Shown here: positions 40,875-50,766 of the stretch, one piece after another
How the letters are laid out: each line of letters starts with the position of its first letter
Position numbering within the stretch: the stretch's first letter is position 1
Assembly (NCBI GenBank): GCA_018675635.1
Contig: JABGXU010000008.1
Coordinates: forward strand, 2,544 to 66,543
From: Gammaproteobacteria bacterium
Lineage (GTDB): Bacteria > Pseudomonadota > Gammaproteobacteria > Poriferisulfidales > GCA-002705445
Direction of reading: 5' to 3'
DNA: 64,000 nt
Translations under genes and position numbers: made by a program
Notes under the pieces: model-generated
The model's database searches: none
What the model was told of the DNA's origin: nothing
What the model saw: only the letters and a program-made list of their open reading frames with translations

Positions 40875-43054
40875 TATCCAACAGTCCTCATTACTTTATT
40901 TACATTTTTTAATTTTTTAAGATCTTTAATCACATCTGCTAAATGTTTCCTGCTTGTAACGCCAATAGTAAATACAAAAGATGCATATGGGTTCTGTACT
41001 TCATCAAATTTAACATTTTCTATATTACATGATAAACGTGAAATTACGTTAGCTACATTTGCTAAAACGCCTCTTTGTTTTTCAGAATATACTCTAATTT
41101 GTGTTTGATATTCTCCTGAAACTTCATCGGACCACTCTATATTAATTTTTTTAGCCGATGTTTTCTTTATATTACGGCAAACTGATCGATGAACAACAAA
41201 GCCATTTCCAGATGATGTTAAACCTATGATGTCATCACCTGGTATAGGACGGCAGCATTTTGCATAATTTAAAACCAGACCCTCTGTTCCTTTAATCGCA
41301 ATTATTTCTTGTCTTTTTGTTCCTAAAACTTTTAAAAGCCAATCATGGTATTTTTGTTTTACATAGCTTTTTTTAATTGCAATATTTTGAGCTGCTAGAT
41401 GTGGAACTATATTTCCTAAACCAATTCCTATAAATAGTTCTTTCTCATCTTTTAAATTATATTCTTTTAATAATCTCTTTATTGATGCGTAAGGAATTTC
41501 TGTAAAACTTGTTCCATAATCATGCAATGATTTGTCTAAAATTCTTAACCCTAAATCTAATGCTTGCTCAGATTTAATACTTTTTAAATAATTTTTTATA
41601 TTAGTTCTAGCTTTAGCTGTAACAACAAATTCCAACCACGATGCGTTTGGTCTTCCTAGCTGTGTAGTTATTATTTCAATTGTTTGGCCAGAAGATAACA
41701 TTGTGCTAAGCGGGACATCTATTCCATTAATTTTAGCAGCTGTACATTTGTTGCCGACATCTGAATGTATTGAATATGCATAGTCTATTACACTACTTCG
41801 ATATGGTAATTCTTTTATATCGCCTTTTGGAGTAAAAACATATATTTCATCAGGAAATAAATCAACTTTAATATTTTCAAGAAAATCAAGGGAGTTTGAC
41901 GTATTTCGCTTCATTTCAATGATTTTTTTCAACCAGTCTCGAGCGTAAGCTTGAGCAGATGAATGCCCTCCTGCCTTATATTGCCAATGTGAAGCAATAC
42001 CAGATTCAGCAAAGTGATCCATTTGCGTTGTTCTAATTTGGACTTCTATTGGAATAGCATTTGGGCCAAATAAAACTGTATGAAGAGCTTGGTATCCATT
42101 TGATTTCGGTATCGCAATATAATCTTTAAATTTTCCAGGGACTGGTTTAAAAAGGTTATGAGTTGCCCCAAATATTCTATAACAATTATCAATTTTACTT
42201 GTAACTACTCTTAGTCCATAAATATCAAAAACAGCATTAAAGCTTAGATTCTTATTTTTCATTTTTTTGTAAATGCTATATGAATTTTTTTCCCTACTAT
42301 ATATTTTTGCCTTTATTCCAAGCTCATTCAATCTAACACTTATTTTTTCTTTAATTTCATCTAATAATTTTAATTTATTTCCTTTATGATTTTGCACTGA
42401 TTTGACAATAATTTTATAACGAAGTGGATTTATAGTTTTAAAAGATATTTCTTCCAGTTCAAGTCTAAGTTTATTCATACCAAGCCTTAAAGCTATGGGA
42501 ACATAAATTTCTAATGTTTCTTTCGCAATTCTGGTCTTTTTCTTCTTAGATAAACAATCTAATGTTCTCATATTATGTAATCTATCAGCTAACTTTACTA
42601 ATATAACTCTTAGATCATCTGACATTGCCAGCATCATTTTGCTAAAATTTTCAGCTTGAGCTTCATCTTGAGATAAAAATTTTATATTATCAATTTTAGT
42701 TAAACCATCAACCAGTCTAGCAATTTCATCGCCAAATCTTTTCTCTATATCATCTTTACCGGTTTTAGTGTCTTCAACAACATCATGGAGAATAGCTGCA
42801 ATAATACTAGCTGAATCCATCTTCATATCGGCTAATATTGAAGCTACTGACAAAGGATGGTTAATATAAGGTTCTCCACTTTTTCTAAGTTGCCCATAAT
42901 GACTAGCATTGCTAAAAGTGTATGCATCTTTAATTAATTCAATCTGCTTATCATCTAAATATATTTTAGATTTTTTTAAAAGATTATTTAGTGCGGGGTT
43001 AGACGAACTCTGCTGACTCAAATTAGTTTTTTTTAAATTTGAAGTTTCAGCCAT
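40874..43054 (-). CDS. spoT: Bifunctional (p)ppGpp synthetase/hydrolase
   Basis: An intact HD hydrolase motif (HDVVEDT) plus synthetase, TGS and ACT domains. It lies in the gmk-rpoZ-spoT context. Confidence 0.85.
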   Translation of the reverse strand: MAETSNLKKTNLSQQSSSNPALNNLLKKSKIYLDDKQIELIKDAYTFSNASHYGQLRKSGEPYINHPLSVASILADMKMDSASIIAAILHDVVEDTKTGKDDIEKRFGDEIARLVDGLTKIDNIKFLSQDEAQAENFSKMMLAMSDDLRVILVKLADRLHNMRTLDCLSKKKKTRIAKETLEIYVPIALRLGMNKLRLELEEISFKTINPLRYKIIVKSVQNHKGNKLKLLDEIKEKISVRLNELGIKAKIYSREKNSYSIYKKMKNKNLSFNAVFDIYGLRVVTSKIDNCYRIFGATHNLFKPVPGKFKDYIAIPKSNGYQALHTVLFGPNAIPIEVQIRTTQMDHFAESGIASHWQYKAGGHSSAQAYARDWLKKIIEMKRNTSNSLDFLENIKVDLFPDEIYVFTPKGDIKELPYRSSVIDYAYSIHSDVGNKCTAAKINGIDVPLSTMLSSGQTIEIITTQLGRPNASWLEFVVTAKARTNIKNYLKSIKSEQALDLGLRILDKSLHDYGTSFTEIPYASIKRLLKEYNLKDEKELFIGIGLGNIVPHLAAQNIAIKKSYVKQKYHDWLLKVLGTKRQEIIAIKGTEGLVLNYAKCCRPIPGDDIIGLTSSGNGFVVHRSVCRNIKKTSAKKINIEWSDEVSGEYQTQIRVYSEKQRGVLANVANVISRLSCNIENVKFDEVQNPYASFVFTIGVTSRKHLADVIKDLKKLKNVNKVMRTVG

Positions 43055-43073
43055 ATCATATAGTAATTTATAG

Positions 43074-43514
43074 TTATATTATTTTGTTCGTTTCGGAATT
43101 TTCCTGTTCTTCAGATTTAACTTCTTCAACAACAGTGTCTTCAACTTCATTGGTAATAGCTTGATCATCTTCAGAAACTTCACTAGCTTTTATTACAATT
43201 TCTTCTTCTGGCATTACGCTATCATTAACAACACTATTTTCAGTGTCTGATAATATGCCAGTCTCTTCATTAATTTCGTTTTGAGTAAAAATATCTTTTT
43301 CTTCAGTAATAACAGGTTTTTCATCTAGCATTTCTTCAGTAATATTACCCGCAGCAATTTCTCTTAAAGCAACAACTGTAGCCTTATCATTATCCCATTC
43401 AATAGTTGGCTCTTTCCCATTCATTAGTTGTCTTGCACGCTTACTCGCTACTCTAACCAAATGAAATCTATTATCAACTCTCTCTAAGCAGTCTTCTACT
43501 GTTATTCTAGCCAT
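43074..43514 (-). CDS. rpoZ: RNA polymerase omega subunit with a long acidic C-terminal extension
   Basis: [30 protein letters not shown] core. 146 aa total against about 90 typical. Confidence 0.85.
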   Translation of the reverse strand: MARITVEDCLERVDNRFHLVRVASKRARQLMNGKEPTIEWDNDKATVVALREIAAGNITEEMLDEKPVITEEKDIFTQNEINEETGILSDTENSVVNDSVMPEEEIVIKASEVSEDDQAITNEVEDTVVEEVKSEEQENSETNKII

Positions 43515-43559
43515 TTTTTAATACCTTATATTGTTAAATTATTATATGTTAATAATACT

Positions 43560-44186
43560 TTAAAAGTCACTATCTATCAAAGGTTCTTTGCGTATATTAC
43601 TATCTACAAGCATGTCTATATCAAGCAAATAAGATAATAATTGATTCTCAGCGGTCTCAAAATTATTATTTACTACAATATAATCATAATCCTTAGCATG
43701 ATTAATTTCTATTATTGCATTTTTTAATCTTTCTAAGATAACATCCTCTTTATCTGTTCCTCTCCCTCTTAATCTATTTTCTAGTTCTTTTATAGAAGGA
43801 GGAAGAATAAAAATATTTCTTGATAATGGTAATTTTCTTTTAATGATCTGAGCGCCTTGATAGTCAATTTCAAGAATCAAGGTCATATTCTTTTCTAAGA
43901 GCTCTACTACAGAATCAATTAATGTCCCATAATAATTCCCATGCACCTTAGCATATTCCAAATAACTTTCATTTTTAATTTTTAATTTAAAATCATTTTG
44001 ATTTGTAAAAAAATAATCAATGCCATGTTGTTCACCTACCCTAGGATTTCTTGTGGTATGAGAGATACAAACCGATATATTACTATTTTGTAAACATATT
44101 TTTTTAATCAAACTTGTTTTACCTGTGCCAGAAGGAGCAGATATAACGCATAATTTTTTAAATATATCTTTATTAAAATTATTCAT
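43560..44186 (-). CDS. gmk: Guanylate kinase
   Basis: P-loop SAPSGTGKTS and GMP-binding motifs. Confidence 0.9.
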   Translation of the reverse strand: MNNFNKDIFKKLCVISAPSGTGKTSLIKKICLQNSNISVCISHTTRNPRVGEQHGIDYFFTNQNDFKLKIKNESYLEYAKVHGNYYGTLIDSVVELLEKNMTLILEIDYQGAQIIKRKLPLSRNIFILPPSIKELENRLRGRGTDKEDVILERLKNAIIEINHAKDYDYIVVNNNFETAENQLLSYLLDIDMLVDSNIRKEPLIDSDF

Positions 44187-44551
44187 TTTTTTATTATATC
44201 TATATCAAATTACTATGTCTTAGAAATATAAATAATTAAAAAATAAGAAAACTCACCACTTCTAGCAGAGCAATGGGCTTTATAAAATCATTAGGAGTTA
44301 ATGATTAAAAAGCATATTGCGCTCTAAGTTGGAAGCTATCCTTGTCACAATTGTCTGCTGTAGGATTCGCTTAGTTATCAAGCCCAACTGTCACATAGTT
44401 AGCCATAAATTTTACTTTTTTGTTTAGATTTTATGACAAATGTTTTTTTATTAAAATTTTGTAATAAATGATTTTTTTAATAATTCTGTAATATAATTAT
44501 GAGATATTCATGTTTCTTTATAACTAACAAAATAACTGGAGATATCAAGAA

Positions 44552-45619
44552 ATGCTAAAAAACATACTGCGTTTTATTCTGTTGATTACGACTATTTCTC
44601 CATCTACGCAGGCTAGGGATCAAATAAATATTGTTGGTTCTTCAACAGTTTATCCATTTGCGATAGTTGTAGCTGAGAAATTTGGAAAAACAACTGAATT
44701 TAAAACACCTAAAATTGAATCAACTGGTTCAGGTGGCGGTTTAAAACTTTTTTGTGCTGGTGTTGGAACACGGCATCCTGATTTCACAAATTCATCAAGA
44801 GCAATTAAAGAAAATGAAATTAAAAAATGTAGAAAAAATAGTGTTGGCGATATAACAGAAGTTAAAGTTGGTTATGACGGCGTTGTAATAGCGAATGCTA
44901 AATCGTCTAAAATATTTAAAATGACTAGAATGGATTTATATTTAGCTTTAGCAGCTGAAATCCCTAATCCAGATGGTTCTGAGACTTTCATTAAAAACCC
45001 ACACAAAACATGGAAAGATGTAAATCCTGAACTACCTACAATTAAAATTGAAGTATTAGGACCTCCCCCTACATCAGGAACAAGAGATGCTTTTGTTGAA
45101 TTAGCAATGGAGAAAGGTGGTTGTAAAAAAATTAAATGGATTAAAGCATTGAAGAAAAATAATAAACAAGAATACAAAGCTAAATGTCATACAATTAGAG
45201 AAGATGGACCATATATTGAAGCTGGTGAAAATGATAATCTAATGATTCAAAAATTAATTTCAAATCCAAAAGCATTAGCTATATTTGGTTTTAGTTTTTT
45301 AGACCAAAATACTGACAAAGTTCAGGGCGCAATTATAAATGGTATAAAGCCAACATTTGAAAATATTTCTTCAGGAAAATATCCTGTATCAAGACCTTTA
45401 TTCTTCTATGTTAAAAATGCTCATTTAGAAACTATTCCAGGTATGAAAGAATATGTTGATATATTTTTAAGTGACGCAGCATCTGGCAATGATGGGTACT
45501 TAACCGAGAAAGGCTTAATTCCTATGCCCAAAAAAGAACGTGCAGAACTTAATCCAAAAGTATTAAACTACACATTAATTGTTGGCGATAAATCTCCATC
45601 AATAGTAAAGGAAAAGTAG
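44552..45619 (+). CDS. pstS: Phosphate ABC transporter substrate-binding protein PstS family
   Basis: Signal peptide and GSSTVYPF...ESTGSGGG motifs. No pstCAB genes follow. Confidence 0.8.
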   Translation: MLKNILRFILLITTISPSTQARDQINIVGSSTVYPFAIVVAEKFGKTTEFKTPKIESTGSGGGLKLFCAGVGTRHPDFTNSSRAIKENEIKKCRKNSVGDITEVKVGYDGVVIANAKSSKIFKMTRMDLYLALAAEIPNPDGSETFIKNPHKTWKDVNPELPTIKIEVLGPPPTSGTRDAFVELAMEKGGCKKIKWIKALKKNNKQEYKAKCHTIREDGPYIEAGENDNLMIQKLISNPKALAIFGFSFLDQNTDKVQGAIINGIKPTFENISSGKYPVSRPLFFYVKNAHLETIPGMKEYVDIFLSDAASGNDGYLTEKGLIPMPKKERAELNPKVLNYTLIVGDKSPSIVKEK

Positions 45620-45780
45620 CTAATTAAAATGCTCAACCCAAAGAATCGAAGTGATTACTCGCTTAGTTTTTTTGGTATTTTTGCTATCACTTATTTTCTA
45701 GCATTTAAACTTGCTATTCCTTATAATATAGCAGCTCCAGCGGCACTTATAGAACAAAACATTATTTTAAGGAAATATAG

Positions 45781-46095
45781 ATGGAAATAATTAAAAAAAC
45801 AGATAATTACACTATCTACAAGAAAAAATCAGGTAGGTATGCTGTTAAAAATAAAGAAGAAAAATATTTAACAGACAAAGAAAAAATAGAAATTTTATTA
45901 GAAGAAAAACTTATAAAATTATCACCAAGAAAAAAACCTGTTGAGGAACCAGCTCCACCTGCTAAAGCAGTTAAAACTGAAGAAACTCCTATTGAAGAAG
46001 TTAAAACTGAAGAAACTCCTACTAAAGAAGTTAAAACTAAAGAAGTTAAAGCTAAAGCAGTTAAAACTGAAGAAACTCCTACTAAAATTAAATAA
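45781..46095 (+). CDS. Small lysine/glutamate-rich protein with (A/E)VKTEETP tandem repeats
   Basis: AAGGA Shine-Dalgarno 8 nt upstream. Codon usage is consistent with the genome. Degenerate 24-27-bp DNA repeats span 45961-46088. Confidence 0.45.
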   Translation: MEIIKKTDNYTIYKKKSGRYAVKNKEEKYLTDKEKIEILLEEKLIKLSPRKKPVEEPAPPAKAVKTEETPIEEVKTEETPTKEVKTKEVKAKAVKTEETPTKIK

Positions 46096-46113
46096 TTAGT
46101 ATATTTCTTAAGA

Positions 46114-47085
46114 TTATCTTTTTCTATGTACTGAAAAATCAGCAAGATAATTTAGCAAAGAAGCTACTTCTCTATCTTCAACAACTTTTAAATTATTTTT
46201 CGCAAGGTTAACAAACTCTTGTGCTTTATCACCTGATAGTTTTACTGAATCAGTTTCGAAAATTATATCTTTTAAAATTATAAAATCTTTTATTTTTCTT
46301 TTTTGAATTATATCTTTAAGGGTTATCTTTTGTTTTTCGTTGCAGTTATTAAAAGCATATATAAATGGTAGAGTTATTTTTCCACCGCTTAAATCATCAC
46401 CAATGTTTTTCCCAATTTGATTATTTGTATCAGCAGTGTAATCTAAAATATCATCAGCGATTTGAAAAGCTATGCCAATATTTCTTCCATACATGGCAAG
46501 ATTTTTTCTATCTTCATCATTACAATTTGCTAAAACTGCTGAGCACTCGCATAAAGCCTCAAAAAGTGTAGCAGTTTTATATTGAATGACTTTAATATAT
46601 TGGTCTACATTAGTATCAACCTTATCTACACACTCTAGTTGTAAAACCTCGCCTTTTGCTATTGTGTTCGTTGCATGAGACAAAATTCTCATGATTTCCA
46701 TATTATCTAATTCAACCATGATCTCAAAAGCTCTTGAATACAAAAAATCTCCAACTAAAACACTAGCTTCGTTTCCCCATACCTTATTAACTGTATCCTT
46801 ACCTCTTCGTTTTCCTGATAAATCAACAACATCATCATGTAAAAGGGTTGCTGTATGAATAAACTCAATAATCACAGCTAATTTATAAGATTTTTCTTTT
46901 TTTAAATTTAAACAATTCCCAATTATTGCGACCAATAAAGGTCGAATTTTTTTTGATGGAGCACTTATAATGTAATTAGATACTTTTTCAATTAGTTCTA
47001 TATCAGACTCTAAATAACTTAAAATAAGAGCTTTTATAGCTTCTATTTCAGTCTTCATACTATTACTTATAGTATTATAATCCAT
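46114..47085 (-). CDS. ispB: Octaprenyl-diphosphate synthase
   Basis: Two DDxxD motifs (LLHDDVVD, IADDILDY). Divergent from rplU as in E. coli. Confidence 0.85.
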   Translation of the reverse strand: MDYNTISNSMKTEIEAIKALILSYLESDIELIEKVSNYIISAPSKKIRPLLVAIIGNCLNLKKEKSYKLAVIIEFIHTATLLHDDVVDLSGKRRGKDTVNKVWGNEASVLVGDFLYSRAFEIMVELDNMEIMRILSHATNTIAKGEVLQLECVDKVDTNVDQYIKVIQYKTATLFEALCECSAVLANCNDEDRKNLAMYGRNIGIAFQIADDILDYTADTNNQIGKNIGDDLSGGKITLPFIYAFNNCNEKQKITLKDIIQKRKIKDFIILKDIIFETDSVKLSGDKAQEFVNLAKNNLKVVEDREVASLLNYLADFSVHRKR

Positions 47086-47163
47086 GGATAGACCTTTACT
47101 TTATAATGATTTCTTTGAATTCTACTAATTATAACAAAATATCACTATATTCTTAACTATACA

Positions 47164-47192
47164 TTGACCTCTATTTTGCATAAATGTAGAAT
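47164..47192 (+). promoter_or_regulatory. sigma70 promoter TTGACC-17 nt-TAGAAT for rplU-rpmA
   Basis: Near-consensus hexamers with ideal spacing, 35 nt upstream of the rplU ATG. Confidence 0.55.
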
Positions 47193-47227
47193 ACACAGCC
47201 TGATATGAAAATTATAAAGAGAATATT

Positions 47228-47542
47228 ATGTATGCTGTTATAAGTACTGGTGGTAAACAATATAGAGTTTCAAAAGGCGACACCATTCAAATTGAAAAAT
47301 TAGATAAAAAAGAAGGCGATACTATACTTTTTGACAAAATACTTTTAATTTCAAATAATGGAAAAGTGAGTATTGGTAAGCCATTTCTAAAAAAAAGTAA
47401 AATAGAAGGCGTTATTGAAGCTCAGGGAAGGGATAAGAAAATTAGTATAATAAAATTTCATAGAAGAAAACACTACAAAAAACAAGCTGGGCATAGACAA
47501 AGTTTTACTCAAGTCAAAATAACAAATATCGCTGAGGATTAA
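47228..47542 (+). CDS. rplU: 50S ribosomal protein L21
   Basis: [18 protein letters not shown]. Confidence 0.95.
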   Translation: MYAVISTGGKQYRVSKGDTIQIEKLDKKEGDTILFDKILLISNNGKVSIGKPFLKKSKIEGVIEAQGRDKKISIIKFHRRKHYKKQAGHRQSFTQVKITNIAED

Positions 47543-47544
47543 AA

Positions 47545-47802
47545 ATGGCTCATAAAAAAGCAGGTGGGAGTACAAGAAACGGAAGAGATTCTGAGTCAAA
47601 AAGACTAGGTGTAAAAAAATACGGAGGCGAACTAGTTAAAGCTGGGAATATTATTATAAGACAGCGTGGAACTAAAATTCATCCAGGAGAAAATGTTGGT
47701 TGCGGCAAAGACCATACACTTTTTGCCAAAACAGCCGGTCATGTTAAATTTTCAATTAAAGGTCAGAAAAATAAAAAATTTGTTAGTATAATTTCTGCAT
47801 AA
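47545..47802 (+). CDS. rpmA: 50S ribosomal protein L27
   Basis: [24 protein letters not shown]. Confidence 0.95.
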   Translation: MAHKKAGGSTRNGRDSESKRLGVKKYGGELVKAGNIIIRQRGTKIHPGENVGCGKDHTLFAKTAGHVKFSIKGQKNKKFVSIISA

Positions 47803-47878
47803 AAATTTAATTTTCCCCAAATAATCTTTTATATTAAAAATCTTATTTTATACGATTAAAGTATAATTAATTCTATAA

Positions 47879-48907
<1,029 letters not shown>

Positions 48908-48962
48908 AAGAGAATTTTTTTATTATTTGTATTAATATAAGACAAAATAGGTTACACAAAAT

Positions 48963-49295
48963 ATGAACTATCGTAATAAAAATAGCCAAGAAATTGAAAA
49001 CTCTATATATGCCTTAGAAAAGAAAGCTTCTAATATTAATGTAAAAATCAAAGAACTTAATTTCTTGAAGAGTAAAAAAAGTAAATCCAAAACACCACAT
49101 TTTTACGTGGACCTAAAAAATAGCAAAGCTCTAAAAAAAAATAAAAAAGAATTATTAGAAAAAGACCTGAAAATTGAGTTTGAAAAATTAACAAAAAAAT
49201 ATAAAATATTAGTTTTTATACTGTATATAATAATACTGATTTCTTTAATTTTATTAGCAATTACTTTTGAAATAAATTTAATAAATAAACTGTGA
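48963..49295 (+). CDS. Hypothetical K-rich coiled-coil protein with a C-terminal TM helix
   Basis: 110 aa. It is inserted between obg and proB, which are adjacent in Pseudomonas. No recognisable motif. Confidence 0.4.
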   Translation: MNYRNKNSQEIENSIYALEKKASNINVKIKELNFLKSKKSKSKTPHFYVDLKNSKALKKNKKELLEKDLKIEFEKLTKKYKILVFILYIIILISLILLAITFEINLINKL

Positions 49296-49305
49296 GAAAG
49301 TTCAT

Positions 49306-50409
49306 ATGAAAGAAACTTGGGTTATAAAAGTTGGCAGCTCATTAGTTACCAAAAAATCTGTCGGTCTTAATAATAAAAATATTAAAAATTGGGCTTTCCA
49401 GATTAATGAAATAATTAATAGCAACATTAATGTAATTATAGTTTCATCTGGTGCTATTGCTGAAGGCATGAATAGACTTGCACTTACCAGAAGACCAACA
49501 ACTTCAAGTAAATTACAAGCCTTAGCTTCTGTTGGTCAAATGGGTTTAATTCAAGCTTATGAAGTTGCATTTAAAAAATATAATCTACTAACAGCTCAAA
49601 TGTTATTAACCCATGAAGACTTAAGTAATAGAGAAAGATATCTTAATGCAAGAAATACTTTATCTAATTTACTTAAATACAATGTTATTCCAATAATTAA
49701 TGAAAATGATACTGTATCAACGGAAGAAATAAAATTTGGAGATAATGATACTTTAGCAGCTTTAGTCGCCAATCTGAGTAGTGCAAAATCCTTAATCATA
49801 TTAACTGATCAAGATGGTTTATATACAAGCGATCCAAAGAAAAACACATCTGCAAAACTAGTTGATAATATTTCAATACTAGATAAAAATTTAAATAACT
49901 ATGCTGGGCCAAGTAATAGTAACTTAGGTAGAGGTGGGATGATTACTAAAATTACTGCCGCAAAAAAAGCAGCGAAATCCAATACCCAAACAATCATCGC
50001 TAATGGTACTAAAAAAGATATTTTAACTAAAATATTAAATAAGGAAAATAATGTTGGTACAATTATTTTTAATAAAGGTTCTGCTATAAAATCAAAAAAA
50101 CAATGGATTGCTAATTCTTTAAAAATAAAAGGAAAAATACTAATTGACGCAGGAGCTAAAAAAGTAATCAGTAAATCAGGTAAAAGTTTACTACCTATAG
50201 GTATTACCTCTATAGCTGGAAATTTTCATAGAGGAGATTTAGTCGCTTGTTTTGATAAAAATAATAAGGAAGTTGCTAGGGGTCTTGTGAATTATAATTC
50301 ACAAGAATTAAAAAATATCATAGGAAAATCAACTACTGTTATTAAAAAAGAATTTGGAATATTTGAGAGTGAAGTAGTAATTCACAGAGATAATATGATC
50401 TTAGCTTAG
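49306..50409 (+). CDS. proB: Glutamate 5-kinase (with PUA domain)
   Basis: VIKVGSSLVT... amino-acid kinase fold and the C-terminal PUA domain. Confidence 0.9.
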   Translation: MKETWVIKVGSSLVTKKSVGLNNKNIKNWAFQINEIINSNINVIIVSSGAIAEGMNRLALTRRPTTSSKLQALASVGQMGLIQAYEVAFKKYNLLTAQMLLTHEDLSNRERYLNARNTLSNLLKYNVIPIINENDTVSTEEIKFGDNDTLAALVANLSSAKSLIILTDQDGLYTSDPKKNTSAKLVDNISILDKNLNNYAGPSNSNLGRGGMITKITAAKKAAKSNTQTIIANGTKKDILTKILNKENNVGTIIFNKGSAIKSKKQWIANSLKIKGKILIDAGAKKVISKSGKSLLPIGITSIAGNFHRGDLVACFDKNNKEVARGLVNYNSQELKNIIGKSTTVIKKEFGIFESEVVIHRDNMILA

Positions 50410-50664
50410 CTCTAGAATTTGTTTATTGAGTCTACTTTTGTATCTCGCCGCTTTATTTTTATGGATAATTCCTTTTGATACACTAGAATCTATTATAGGA
50501 ATAGCTACTTTATAATTTTTACCAGCCAATGCTTTATCACCTGAATCTATAGCTTTAACAACATTTTTTACAAATGTTCTAAGCTTAGACTTCAAAGCCA
50601 CATTTCTTTCCCTTCTAACTACAGATTGTCTAACTCTTTTTCTTGCTTGCGCTGTATTAGCCAT
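50401..50664 (-). CDS. rpsT: 30S ribosomal protein S20
   Basis: MANTAQARKRVRQSV.... I chose the ATG at 50664, which has an AGGTGA Shine-Dalgarno. The track start at 50697 is probably too long. Confidence 0.9.
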   Translation of the reverse strand: MANTAQARKRVRQSVVRRERNVALKSKLRTFVKNVVKAIDSGDKALAGKNYKVAIPIIDSSVSKGIIHKNKAARYKSRLNKQILELS

Positions 50665-50766
50665 TAATAACTCACCTTTAACGATAAAAGACGACAATAT
50701 GAGGTTTTATTAGTAATTTGTCAATAAGAAACTAAAAATTAGTAAAAAATTATATATAATTGCTTA

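Noticed and set aside
45629-45790. 53-aa hydrophobic ORF (MLNPKNRSDYSLSFFGIFAITYFLAFKLAIPYNIAAPAALIEQ...) between pstS and the K/E-repeat gene
   Set aside because: There is no properly spaced Shine-Dalgarno. The nearest AAGGA is 16 nt away and belongs to the pstS coding end. The ORF also overlaps the next gene's start. It may be a pstC remnant, but I cannot support that.
45816-46145. 109-aa minus-strand ORF antisense to the K/E-repeat gene (VGVSSVLT repeats)
   Set aside because: It is the mirror image of the plus-strand repeats. It has no ribosome-binding site and would overlap the 3' end of ispB. The plus-strand frame has an AAGGA Shine-Dalgarno and genome-typical codon usage.
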